IMG/VR virus record: IMGVR_UViG_3300049187_000025
Location: 1 to 48,119 of that record
Origin: a virus
Taxonomy: Duplodnaviria > Caudoviricetes
DNA length: 48,119 bases
Strand: one strand, 5' to 3'
The notes under the pieces are model-generated. The model worked only from the letters and a program-made list of their open reading frames with translations. It was not told the DNA's origin and searched no databases. A program made the translations under genes and the position numbers. Positions within the stretch are counted from its first letter, which is position 1, and each line of letters begins with the position of its first letter. Of the stretch, positions 17,094 to 25,900 are shown piece after piece.

Positions 17094-18451
17094 GTCGGAA
17101 CCTCCATCTGCTTGTGAAAGGTCGTGCCGGTGGCGATGCCTTGGGCAGCGGCCATTTCCGTCACGAGGTTGGAAAACATCTTGTCGGCCTGCGTGGCCTT
17201 GCGCTGCAGGTTGCGCAGCACGCCGCGCTCGCCCTCGGTGGTGACGATGTCCACCGTCACCTCGCGCTGCTGCCCGAAGCGCCAGCAGCGGCGCACACCC
17301 TGGTAATACTGCTCGAACGAGTGGGAGGGGAAAAAGGTTACATGGTTGCAGTGCTGGAAATTCAGCCCCCACGCGCCGATCTTCGGCTTGGTGACCAGAA
17401 CCCTAGCGCCACCCTGGGCAAAGGCCAGCATGCGGTCCTCCTTCGTCTCGTCGGAATCCTTGCCGCTGACCTGCACCGCGTCCGGGATCAACTTGTCCAA
17501 CAGGTCGCCTTCCTCGTTCAGGTGGCACCAGACAAGCGCCGGCTGGCCTGTGCCGTTGACCAGTTCAGCGACCCGCTCGCAGCGCTCCTGCACCGTGCGG
17601 CGTCGCTCGTCGCGCTGCTCCTTCAGTCCCACTGCAGGCAACGCGAACAGCATGCCCTCAGCGATCTGGTTCGCTTCGACCAGGTGTTCCACTTCCACCA
17701 AGCACGGCAGGATGAACCGCGAGTCATCGAACCCCAGGTCAGACGGCCGGCGCAGCGCTCGAGCCCACGAACACACCCAGCGCCAGAACGGCAGTTCAGC
17801 ATGCCCTTTGAGGCGCCACTTGATCACCTCGCCGCGCATGCGCCCGGTCGCTGAGTTGTTCAAGTCGTTTTTGAAGAAGCGGTTGAGCATGTCCATGTAG
17901 CCCATGTACCCGAGCGCTTCGGCCGACGTGCCCAGCTCGATGAAGTCGTTCGGCGCGGCCGTGGCGGTGGCCAGCAGGCGATAGGCGATCTTGCGCATGA
18001 ACACCGTGATTTCCTGCCGACGGCTACCATCGAAACTCTTGAGGATCGAGGACTCGTCGCACACGCAGCCGGCAAAATCAGCCGGGTTGAACAGGTGCAG
18101 CCGCTCGTAGTTCGTCACCGTGATGCCAGGGTGCGCGGTGCCGTCGTGCGAGCGGGTGACGCGTACGCCGAATTTCTCGGCCTCCATCACGATCTGCGGG
18201 GACACCGCCAGCGCTGTCAGGAGAAGCACCTTGCCGCCCGTGTAGCGCACCACGTTCTCGGCCCACACCAGTTCCATCGGCGTCTTGCCCAGGCCGCAGT
18301 CCGCCAGGATCGCCGCGCGTCCCTTGCGGATCGCCCACTCGACCAGTGCCGACTGAAAGTCGAACAGGAACGGCGGCATCCACACGGGCGCGAAGCCGGA
18401 GTCGGCGCCTCCCTGTAACTTGCCCTGCAGGAACTCGTCATACGTTGTCAT
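17084..18451 (-). CDS. SF2 (SNF2-like) helicase
   Basis: ADCGLGKT, CDESSILK, ATATAAPND, GLNFQ, QGVRRCWRFGQ. Confidence 0.9.
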   Translation of the reverse strand: MTTYDEFLQGKLQGGADSGFAPVWMPPFLFDFQSALVEWAIRKGRAAILADCGLGKTPMELVWAENVVRYTGGKVLLLTALAVSPQIVMEAEKFGVRVTRSHDGTAHPGITVTNYERLHLFNPADFAGCVCDESSILKSFDGSRRQEITVFMRKIAYRLLATATAAPNDFIELGTSAEALGYMGYMDMLNRFFKNDLNNSATGRMRGEVIKWRLKGHAELPFWRWVCSWARALRRPSDLGFDDSRFILPCLVEVEHLVEANQIAEGMLFALPAVGLKEQRDERRRTVQERCERVAELVNGTGQPALVWCHLNEEGDLLDKLIPDAVQVSGKDSDETKEDRMLAFAQGGARVLVTKPKIGAWGLNFQHCNHVTFFPSHSFEQYYQGVRRCWRFGQQREVTVDIVTTEGERGVLRNLQRKATQADKMFSNLVTEMAAAQGIATGTTFHKQMEVPTWL

Positions 18452-18470
18452 TGCTGTCCTCTTAGTTGGG

Positions 18471-18533
18471 TTCGCCGGGCCGGTGGCGTTTCACTTTCCA
18501 CAGATGGCGCCCTATCAGGAATGGCCCGGCGAA
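18471..18533 (-). ncRNA. Candidate structured leader RNA between the cro-like gene and the helicase
   Basis: Perfect 11-bp inverted repeat ttcgccgggcc/ggcccggcgaa enclosing ~40 nt with short inner stems. Confidence 0.4.
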
Positions 18534-18541
18534 TTCGGTTG

Positions 18542-18751
18542 TTACTTGAACCACTGCGGGAAGCGCTGGATCATCACCATCAGTTTGCCCGCTGGGATGT
18601 GCTCGTCCTTCACCCACTGCACGACGGCCTGACGGGTCACCCCCATCACTTCGGCGAGTTTGTCCTGGGTGCCGCCGGCCAACTCGATGGCTCGCGTGGG
18701 TGTCATGCCACTGACGGCGGCGGATGAAATGTCGGGTCGGCGCTTGTTCAT
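18542..18751 (-). CDS. Cro-like HTH regulator
   Basis: AIELAGGTQDKLAEVMGVTRQAVVQWVKDEHIP; first gene of the leftward operon (alternative internal start at MTPTRAI). Confidence 0.85.
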   Translation of the reverse strand: MNKRRPDISSAAVSGMTPTRAIELAGGTQDKLAEVMGVTRQAVVQWVKDEHIPAGKLMVMIQRFPQWFK

Positions 18752-18758
18752 GTGACGC

Positions 18759-18787
18759 AGTCTAGACGAAAGCGCGGGTGACTGCAA
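18759..18787 (-). promoter_or_regulatory. Sigma70-type promoter, leftward
   Basis: TTGCAG-17 bp-TAGACT; predicted start site is at or next to the ATG at 18751. Confidence 0.65.
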
Positions 18788-18794
18788 GAAATCC

Positions 18795-18823
18795 TTGCGC
18801 TCCGGTTTCGGAAGGTCTACAGT
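18795..18823 (+). promoter_or_regulatory. Sigma70-type promoter, rightward
   Basis: TTGCGC-17 bp-TACAGT upstream of the GGAGG RBS and ATG at 18852. Confidence 0.65.
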
Positions 18824-18851
18824 ACATCCATCGAACACACCGGAGGCCCTG

Positions 18852-19127
18852 ATGAACACCGACACCACCGAAGCCCTGCGCGCAATCCGCGCCCTGCACT
18901 GCGACCCGGATGCAGTTGCAACGCTGCTCTCGGCGATCGAGACGCAGTACGGGCAGTGGCTGCAGGACCAAGACCTGATCGGCCAGGACCGCACCGGCTA
19001 CGGCACGCTTCTCGACGCTTACGAGCAGATCAGCGACATGGCCGACTGGCACTCGGGCGCGGTTCGCGCTGCGGCGAGGCATCCGCTGTCGTCGATCGAG
19101 CGGGCTGTGCTGGGAGAGCGGGCATGA
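18852..19127 (+). CDS. Hypothetical protein, first gene of the rightward early operon
   Basis: ATG after GGAGG; ATGA overlap with the next gene. Confidence 0.75.
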   Translation: MNTDTTEALRAIRALHCDPDAVATLLSAIETQYGQWLQDQDLIGQDRTGYGTLLDAYEQISDMADWHSGAVRAAARHPLSSIERAVLGERA

Positions 19128-19753
19128 GCACAACCCAACTGCCTCAACCGGCGCCCGTCGCCGCGATTGACATCCCGGCCGAGATCGAAGCCGGCACCGC
19201 GCTGATCCGCGCACTGCCCGGGGTGAAGGACTTCGCCCTGATAGGCAGCGCCGCCTACTTGCCGGACGCGAACGATGTTGACTTCGCAGTCCTCATCGAC
19301 GCCGCCGATGGTGCTGCCGATGCCATCAACTACACGGGGCAGATGCAAAACGACGGCTGGGGAAACTGCGGCGAGTATGACGGCGTCGGTGGGATTTGGG
19401 CCGCAGTGCGGCGCGAGAACCTGAACCTGATGGTGACGCACGATCAGCAGTTCTTCGACGACTACAAGCGCGCGATGGAGGTCTGCAAGGCCCTCCGCCT
19501 TCGGCACAAAGAGGACCGCGTCGCGGTCTGCCAGATTGTCCGAGATCGGAAGCCGGCGGACGAGGTGTATTCGCATGCACGCCTCTACGGCGCTGACCGT
19601 TCTCCTGCCGCCGAGTTGCTGCAGGCGCTGGCCGGGTTGCTGAAGCAAGCCGAGCGCTGCTTCGCGCTCACGGTCAGCGAGGAAAACCAGAAGGTCGCCG
19701 CAATGGATGTCGCCCGCGCCGCGATCCTAAAGGCCACTGGAGCCGCCTCGTGA
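19124..19753 (+). CDS. Pol-beta-superfamily nucleotidyltransferase-like protein
   Basis: FALIGSAAYLPDANDVDFAV resembles the hGS...DhD motif. Confidence 0.6.
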   Translation: MSTTQLPQPAPVAAIDIPAEIEAGTALIRALPGVKDFALIGSAAYLPDANDVDFAVLIDAADGAADAINYTGQMQNDGWGNCGEYDGVGGIWAAVRRENLNLMVTHDQQFFDDYKRAMEVCKALRLRHKEDRVAVCQIVRDRKPADEVYSHARLYGADRSPAAELLQALAGLLKQAERCFALTVSEENQKVAAMDVARAAILKATGAAS

Positions 19754-19877
19754 TCGCCCGCGCCGCCTTCTTCGCTGGCTCTGTGGCGACTGACTTGGCA
19801 ACCCTGGCGCACTACTCGGGCGTCTGGATGAGCTGGGTGGAGTACCGGGTGACCGTCAACACGCCGAAGGAGCAGCA

Positions 19878-20006
19878 GTGAGCCGCCGCAACTTCTGGAA
19901 CCTGCTGACGGCCGCCATCGCGATCCTCGGCGCCCTGCTGCTGTGCAACTACCCGGTGTGCGAGGGCGATTCGTCCCTGTGCGCCATCAAGTCGGAGGCA
20001 ACGTGA
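19878..20006 (+). CDS. Small membrane/secreted peptide
   Basis: GTG after AAGGAG: VSRRNFWNLLTAAIAILGALLLCNYPVC...; GTGA-coupled. Confidence 0.45.
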   Translation: MSRRNFWNLLTAAIAILGALLLCNYPVCEGDSSLCAIKSEAT

Positions 20007-20416
20007 ACTTCGCATCGCCCCATTACGACCGCCAGTCGCTCATCGAATCCGACCTGGACCGCCGCGAGGCCGAGCGCGTGTTTCGCCGCGACTTGCTCCG
20101 CGCCGAGACCGCCATCAAGGAGGGCGCCCGCCGCCGCCGGCAGGAGATGGTCGCCGTCACCGGCCGCACGTCCCTGCACCTCGTGCACGACGCCGAGGTG
20201 ATCCGCCAGCACGCCGAGCACACCGAGCACTGCGGGTGGTGCAACCCGATCGTGTGCTCCGAGGCGTACCCGCGCTGCCTGTCTGAAATGGGCTGCACCA
20301 CTGGCGGGGCGCCGACTGTGCCGACCAGGCGCAACCGCAGGCCTGCGCGGAGATCGCGCACGGCGAAGGTCTGGCGCGCCCTGGTGGCGTGGCTGCTGAG
20401 CCCGCGGGCTTGGTGA
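20003..20416 (+). CDS. Hypothetical protein
   Basis: GTG after GGAGG; HCGWC motif. Confidence 0.6.
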   Translation: MNFASPHYDRQSLIESDLDRREAERVFRRDLLRAETAIKEGARRRRQEMVAVTGRTSLHLVHDAEVIRQHAEHTEHCGWCNPIVCSEAYPRCLSEMGCTTGGAPTVPTRRNRRPARRSRTAKVWRALVAWLLSPRAW

Positions 20417-20436
20417 TTCAACTTCAACCGGGAGCA

Positions 20437-21309
20437 ATGATGCAAGCGAATACGCTGGAGGCGCAAAGCGTCTCGATTCTCGAACTGGAACCGAAGGCAG
20501 CGAGCCTGCCCGCCGTCCAGCAGACCAACGTGGTCACGCCCTCCGACCTGCTGCGCGTCGCAATCGAGCGCGGCGACGGCGATCTCGACCGCCTGGAGCG
20601 CCTCATGGCGATGCAGGAGCGGCACCTGGAGATGCAGGAGCGCGAGCGCCAACGCGGGTCGGAGCTGGCCTTCGCCCGCGACTTCGCCGCCTTCAAGGGC
20701 GAGAACGTCATCATCCCGCGCACCAAGGCCGTGAACCGCGGCCGGGGCGGCTCGTTCATGCAAGCCGAGTTCGAGACCGTGTGCCGGCTGCTGGCGCCGG
20801 CCCTGGCCAAGCACGGCTTCGGCTTCCGCCATGACATGCGGTTCAGCACCAAGGAATGGCCGACGCCCGACAACCCGAACGCCGTCACCGGCTGGGTGTG
20901 GGTGACCTGCTTCCTTGAGCACCGCGAAGGCTTCTCCAAGACGCTGGAGCTTGAGGGTCCGCCGGACGACCAGAGTGTCAACAGCCCGGTGCAGAACATG
21001 CAGTCGACGGCGAGCTACCTCAAGCGCCAGTCGCTGCTCGCCATCACTGGCACGTCGACCAGCGGCGAAGACGACGAGTCGCGGGCCGCTAAGGGTGGTC
21101 ACGATGCCGAGCGCGGCGAGTTCGATGACCTGCTCACCGCCGGGCAGACCGCCGCAATCGAGGGCACGAAGGCGCTTACCGCGTGGTGGGCCACGCTCGA
21201 CGGCAAGCAGCGCAACCTCATGAACAAGGAGTTCGGCAAGCTCAAGCGCGACGCCGCGGCGAGCGATCAGCCCGTCGATCACACCCGGGAGGCGCGCGAT
21301 GCCGGCTGA
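20437..21309 (+). CDS. erf: ERF-family single-strand annealing protein
   Basis: LERLMAMQER, PALAKHGF, QNMQSTASYLKRQSLLAITG...EDDE. Confidence 0.88.
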   Translation: MMQANTLEAQSVSILELEPKAASLPAVQQTNVVTPSDLLRVAIERGDGDLDRLERLMAMQERHLEMQERERQRGSELAFARDFAAFKGENVIIPRTKAVNRGRGGSFMQAEFETVCRLLAPALAKHGFGFRHDMRFSTKEWPTPDNPNAVTGWVWVTCFLEHREGFSKTLELEGPPDDQSVNSPVQNMQSTASYLKRQSLLAITGTSTSGEDDESRAAKGGHDAERGEFDDLLTAGQTAAIEGTKALTAWWATLDGKQRNLMNKEFGKLKRDAAASDQPVDHTREARDAG

Positions 21310-22066
21310 ACTCGTGATTCGCTGCAGCAGCATCGGCCGCCTCATGGCGAAGCCCGAGAACGCTGACCTTGACCCGGCCTACGTCACGCCGGAGCTCCAG
21401 GCCATCATCGCTAAGACGAAGCGCACCGACGGCGAGAAGGCGCTACTAGAGCATGCCCGGCGCTGCAGCCTGTCGGCCGGCGGCAAGACGCATGTGCGCG
21501 AGCTGCTGCGTGAGGACATCTACGGCTTCACGCCTTCGGAGATCCACACGCGGCCGATCCAGAAGGGCATCGCCGTCGAGGCGCAGTGCATCGAAATGCT
21601 GGCCCGCCTGACTGGCCGGCCGCTGGCGAAGAACACCGAGCGGCGCACCGACGGCTTCATCAGCGGCGAGTGCGACATCTTCGATGCACCCGTGCGGCGA
21701 GGCCGGGACATCAAAGCGCCCTACTCCATGGAGACGATGCCTATCGCCCTGGCCGACTGCTATGACAGCGGCTACGAATGGCAGATGCGCGGCTACATGA
21801 TGCTGTGGGACGCCGAAGCCTGGAGCGTCGACTACGTGCTGGTCAGCACTCCCGACGAGTTCATCGGGCTGGAGCCGCCGGACCTGCATTTCGTCGACCA
21901 CATCCCCGAACACCTCCGGTGGACAACTTGGGAGATTCAGCGCAACTACGCGGCCGAGGCGCTGATTGCCGACAAGGTCGACGCGGCGCGGCGCTACTAC
22001 CGGCAGGTTCTGAACGAGTTCGACCGGACCCACTGCCTGCCGCTTGATGAGAAGAAGGCTGCGTGA
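21299..22066 (+). CDS. Lambda-exonuclease/YqaJ-like recombination nuclease
   Basis: IRCSSIGRLM, KGIAVE, SGECD, DIKAP, YEWQMRGYMMLW; follows erf. Confidence 0.85.
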   Translation: MPAELVIRCSSIGRLMAKPENADLDPAYVTPELQAIIAKTKRTDGEKALLEHARRCSLSAGGKTHVRELLREDIYGFTPSEIHTRPIQKGIAVEAQCIEMLARLTGRPLAKNTERRTDGFISGECDIFDAPVRRGRDIKAPYSMETMPIALADCYDSGYEWQMRGYMMLWDAEAWSVDYVLVSTPDEFIGLEPPDLHFVDHIPEHLRWTTWEIQRNYAAEALIADKVDAARRYYRQVLNEFDRTHCLPLDEKKAA

Positions 22067-22494
22067 TGAAACGCACCGGCTTTGCCCGCCCGGTCTATGC
22101 CCGCGCCACGGTCCCGCTGACCCCGCTGGATGGCTGCAGGGGGCGGTATGCGGAGGTGGGTGGTGGGGTAGTGGCTGCGCCGAAGACGAAGGCGCACCGA
22201 GGCCAGCGTATCCGTGACTCGGCGCGCGGCGAGCTGTGCCTGATGCGCCTGCCCGGCTGCCCAGGCGGCACCGAGCGAACGATCTGGAGCCACTACCGGG
22301 GCAGCGCTGGCGGCAAGGGCATGGCGCTGAAGAGCCACGACATCGCGGGCTGCTACGCCTGTACTTGGTGTGATGCCGCATACGACGGCGGCATCTTTCG
22401 CCCGGTTGGCATGACGAAGGCTGACGTGGATCTTGCCTGGCACGAAGCGCATATCAGGTCGCTCGGCCGGCTGCACGAGAAAGGATTGCTGTGA
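22063..22494 (+). CDS. DUF1364-like putative nuclease
   Basis: IRDSARGELCLMRLPGC...WSH...KGMALKSHD...YACTWCD. Confidence 0.8.
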   Translation: MMKRTGFARPVYARATVPLTPLDGCRGRYAEVGGGVVAAPKTKAHRGQRIRDSARGELCLMRLPGCPGGTERTIWSHYRGSAGGKGMALKSHDIAGCYACTWCDAAYDGGIFRPVGMTKADVDLAWHEAHIRSLGRLHEKGLL

Positions 22495-22907
22495 ACGCCA
22501 TCGAAGCATCCAGCGTGAATGTGCGCACCCTGGTCGACGGCACCCTGCGCCTGACCGTGGACATCGAGCCCCGCCACGCCATCGCCGCCTTCACGCTGTT
22601 CGGGTCGCCCGGCACCGCCCTGGCCCTGGCCGCGCTGCGCACGAAGGCCGAGAAGCCGGATAAGCCCAAGGGGCCGCCGCTGCACTCGCAGTGGCTGGCC
22701 ATGCGCTGCGAGGAACGGGAGTTCCAGGCATGGATGGCTGTGAACTGGCCCGACCAACGCGAGCGCAGCACCAATACGCCAGGGCTTGTGCGTCTCGTGC
22801 TGGGCGTGCTGTCGCGCGCTGAGATCGATACCGACCCCGTAGCCTTCGAGCGCTTCGAACGGCTGATCCGCAAACCCTGGGCCGAGCACAACAAGGCAAC
22901 GGCCTAA
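22491..22907 (+). CDS. Hypothetical protein
   Basis: Coupled ORF with RTLVDGTLRLTVDIEP and GVLSRAEID. Confidence 0.75.
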   Translation: MNAIEASSVNVRTLVDGTLRLTVDIEPRHAIAAFTLFGSPGTALALAALRTKAEKPDKPKGPPLHSQWLAMRCEEREFQAWMAVNWPDQRERSTNTPGLVRLVLGVLSRAEIDTDPVAFERFERLIRKPWAEHNKATA

Positions 22908-22923
22908 CCACAGAGGAGCCATC

Positions 22924-23364
22924 ATGGAATCGCAAACCACCGTCATCGAAGTCAACGGCGTCAAGTTGGAGGTCGACCTTCGCAACGCGAAGCGCATCGA
23001 TACGCTGAAGATCGGCAGCCGCGTGAAGTGCCTGGAAAAGGGCTACAGCGGCATGAAGACCCAGCCCGGTGTGGTGGTCGGGTTCGAGCCATTCCCCAGC
23101 CTGCCGACCATCGTGGTCGCCTATCTGGACATCGGCTACGCGGCTGCCGGATTGAAGTTCAAGAGTTTCAACGCCGAGACCAAGGATTTCGAGGTGGTCG
23201 CCGACCTGGACAACAACGCCTTGGAGATCGACCGCGACGAGGCCAACGCCTTCTTTGACCGCGAGACCGCGAAGAAGGAAGGCGAGTTGCGCGAGATCCG
23301 CGAGAAGCGCGCCTTCTTCAACGAGCACTTCGGCCGCTACTTCACGCACGCCGAGCCGGCCTAA
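22924..23364 (+). CDS. Hypothetical protein
   Basis: GAGGAG RBS, strong codon bias; VIEVNGVKLEVDLR. Confidence 0.8.
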   Translation: MESQTTVIEVNGVKLEVDLRNAKRIDTLKIGSRVKCLEKGYSGMKTQPGVVVGFEPFPSLPTIVVAYLDIGYAAAGLKFKSFNAETKDFEVVADLDNNALEIDRDEANAFFDRETAKKEGELREIREKRAFFNEHFGRYFTHAEPA

Positions 23365-23373
23365 CGATTTTCA

Positions 23374-23458
23374 GGCGCCCGTGGACAACGCAGCTATCTC
23401 CTCCTCCCTTGGCTGCGGCAAACCTTCCCACCGTGCCGGTCAGTACGACGGCGGCGCC
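23374..23458 (+). ncRNA. Candidate structured RNA with a CU-rich (anti-Shine-Dalgarno-like) loop
   Basis: Outer ggcgcc/ggcgcc pair; hairpin cgcagcta-tctcctcctccct-tggctgcg. Confidence 0.4.
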
Positions 23459-23490
23459 ATTTCTTCCTTAACCGCTCAAAGGAGCATGAC

Positions 23491-23754
23491 ATGAACGACG
23501 GACCTTGCGCAGAAATGCCCCTGCCCCGCTACCGCTGCCACAAAGAGGTATGGGCACTCAAGATCAAGTCGATCGAGCGCGACGCCGTGACGAAGCTGGC
23601 CTTTGAAGATCCGGGATATGCGGCCCTGCTGGTCAGTTACGACTGGGATCAGAAGCACAAGCCAGAGGCCGGCGGCTACTACGTGGTCTATGCCGATGGC
23701 TACGCCAGCTACAGCCCGGCCAAGGCCTTCGAAGACGGCTACACGCGGATCTGA
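23491..23754 (+). CDS. Conserved small phage protein
   Basis: LPRYRCHKEVWALKI...GGYYVVYADGYASYSPAKAFEDGYTRI; AAAGGAG RBS. Confidence 0.8.
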   Translation: MNDGPCAEMPLPRYRCHKEVWALKIKSIERDAVTKLAFEDPGYAALLVSYDWDQKHKPEAGGYYVVYADGYASYSPAKAFEDGYTRI

Positions 23755-23771
23755 CCCCCACCGGAGCCACC

Positions 23772-24395
23772 ATGACCACCCTGCGAGAAGCTGCAGAGAA
23801 GGCGCTGGAAGCGTGGCAGACGGCCTGCTACGGACAGCTCGCCCATCACAAGGCAATGTTGCTGGCGATGACCGACATGAATGCCGCCCTCGGCGCCCTC
23901 GCCGTCCAGCCGCAAGCCGAGCGGGAGGGGCCGAGCATCGAAGACTTGACGGCGGGCCTGCAGTTCTACGCCAAGCGCTTCCACTTCGACATGAGCGACG
24001 ACTCCGCGTGGGACACCGTCAGCGGCGAGCCGCAGAACTTCTGGTGCGATGAGGCCGGCACCGCGACTGTCGAGGATGGCTCAGTCGCCAGAGCGGTACT
24101 GGCCGGCGGGCTCACTGCCGCGCAACTGTCATCCGACGACGAAGACAGCGTCGAGTGGCAAGAGTCTGCCGCACCCGCACCGGCCCATGAGGCGGATGCA
24201 GGGGAGGCGCGAGATGCGGCGCGGTATCGCTATCTGCGCGGCGGGAAGGCCCGCACCGGAGGAAGCCCGCGCGCCGGACGCATCGAGGTCTTCCGGTGGG
24301 ATGACCGCATGGAGGGCACGCAGCTCAAAGGCGAAGCGCTCGACGCCGCCATCGACGCCGCCCTATCCCAGCCAGCCCCGAAGGAGCCGCAGTGA
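23772..24395 (+). CDS. Modular accessory protein (Ead/Ea22-like C-terminal motif)
   Basis: MTTLREAAEKALEA...DAARYRYLR...LDAAIDAAL. Confidence 0.75.
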   Translation: MTTLREAAEKALEAWQTACYGQLAHHKAMLLAMTDMNAALGALAVQPQAEREGPSIEDLTAGLQFYAKRFHFDMSDDSAWDTVSGEPQNFWCDEAGTATVEDGSVARAVLAGGLTAAQLSSDDEDSVEWQESAAPAPAHEADAGEARDAARYRYLRGGKARTGGSPRAGRIEVFRWDDRMEGTQLKGEALDAAIDAALSQPAPKEPQ

Positions 24396-25087
24396 GCACG
24401 ATTACCCCGGGTCAATTTGAACTCTGGTTCTTCCGCGACCTTAGTGAGGGTCAGCGGTTGGCGCTGTTCACCCTCGCCGGGCTGCCGGCAGATGAGATTA
24501 CTTCGCATGAGGTCGAGCGACAGTGTTTGCGCCACATTGTCGCCGCTTACCGCGTACTCCCCGCCGCCCCGGCCCAGGCGCCAGACGAATGCATGCGTAG
24601 CCATCCGCACGAGAACATGGACGCGGCTTGCGCGCTGAAGACAGAGCAGGCGCGACTCGACAACGCAGCGGCCCAGGCGCCAGCAGCGGAGCGGGAGTGC
24701 ATCGCCGGAGCAGTGGCTCGAGGCTGGTGCCACGCGCAGAACGCCTACAAGGTGATGGATGTCGACCTAGCGATGGCCATCGTTGACGAGGTGATGGCCC
24801 TTGCCGCCACCACCGCGCCTCAAGCGGTGCCGGCCGAGAGCCACGCAGAGTCGGTGCAGAGACTTCGGGCCGAATGCGACGCGGTTGCGGAGTTGAACCA
24901 CGCCCAGTGGTTGGCTTTGGAAAACGTTCGCCTACTGGCCGCCCGGAATCGCAAGGAGGAATGGGCTCAGCACATGCTCAGATTTTGCGCTGAGGCTGGC
25001 GTTAAATCCGTCGCAATTCATCGGCGCGCGTCTGACGTTGCCCAGGCCGCCTCGTCTGCGCCGGCCGAGCAGGGGGAGGCACCATGA
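24392..25087 (+). CDS. Modular accessory protein
   Basis: GTGA-coupled ORF with Ala/Pro linkers between blocks. Confidence 0.7.
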   Translation: MSTITPGQFELWFFRDLSEGQRLALFTLAGLPADEITSHEVERQCLRHIVAAYRVLPAAPAQAPDECMRSHPHENMDAACALKTEQARLDNAAAQAPAAERECIAGAVARGWCHAQNAYKVMDVDLAMAIVDEVMALAATTAPQAVPAESHAESVQRLRAECDAVAELNHAQWLALENVRLLAARNRKEEWAQHMLRFCAEAGVKSVAIHRRASDVAQAASSAPAEQGEAP

Positions 25088-25629
25088 TCGCCGGCCAACG
25101 CGCCCAGGCTTGCGATGGCGGCAAGTGCCACCCCATCACCATCATGGCCGAGCCACAGATGGCCGCCGATGGCTCGTGGTGCGTGCTGGTCATGTTCGAC
25201 AGCAGGCCGGGCTATCTGTCGTCGCTTCAGCTTCCATTCCTGCGGTTGAAAGACCCGGACGCCGCACCCCCAGCAGCGCAGCCAGCCGAGCCGGTGGCGT
25301 GCAAGTTGGTGCCGGTGGAGCCGACCGAGGCAATGATCGATGCCTACTGGCGCAGCGTCGAGACGTACGAGCCGCCCAAGGCCTACGATTACGCGCACAA
25401 GGCAAAGCATCGGTGGGACGCAATGCTCGCCGCCGCCCCGCACCCATCGCAGCCAGCCGAGCCGCAGCGGGTGGAGACCAAGCCGCTGTCGGAGTGGGCG
25501 ACGCAGGAACTGCAGCGCGAGGCCAACCGGCTGCAGCAGGCCCTCATCCTGCGTGTCTGCGGCGACCCCACTAAGGGCGTCGGGCTCGGCATCCCTGCCC
25601 CTACTGGCAGCGCGTCGGAGGTGGGGTGA
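25084..25629 (+). CDS. Modular accessory protein
   Basis: KLVPVEPTEAMIDA...WDAMLAAAP motif flanked by QPAEP repeats. Confidence 0.7.
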   Translation: MIAGQRAQACDGGKCHPITIMAEPQMAADGSWCVLVMFDSRPGYLSSLQLPFLRLKDPDAAPPAAQPAEPVACKLVPVEPTEAMIDAYWRSVETYEPPKAYDYAHKAKHRWDAMLAAAPHPSQPAEPQRVETKPLSEWATQELQREANRLQQALILRVCGDPTKGVGLGIPAPTGSASEVG

Positions 25630-25877
25630 TGGCTACCTTCGCGCTCGAATCACTTGTCCGCCGGGCCGCGAGCGAACTTGGCTCCGAGGCTTGCGCTGAC
25701 GGTAGGCACCAATGGGTCTCCGTGGGTGGCCGCTCTTGCCCGAAGGAACTCGACACCTGCTGCAGCCAAGCGGTCTATGAGTGCCGGACCTGCGGCGATA
25801 CCGACTACGGCGAACGAGGCGGGCCTGGACATCGAGACTGCTTCACCGACTGCCAACGCACCGCTGACCCCACCTAA
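25629..25877 (+). CDS. Small Cys-rich putative zinc-binding protein
   Basis: CADGRHQW...SC...CCSQAVYECRTCG. Confidence 0.65.
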   Translation: MATFALESLVRRAASELGSEACADGRHQWVSVGGRSCPKELDTCCSQAVYECRTCGDTDYGERGGPGHRDCFTDCQRTADPT

Positions 25878-25900
25878 CGCGCATTGCGCAGGAGACTGAG

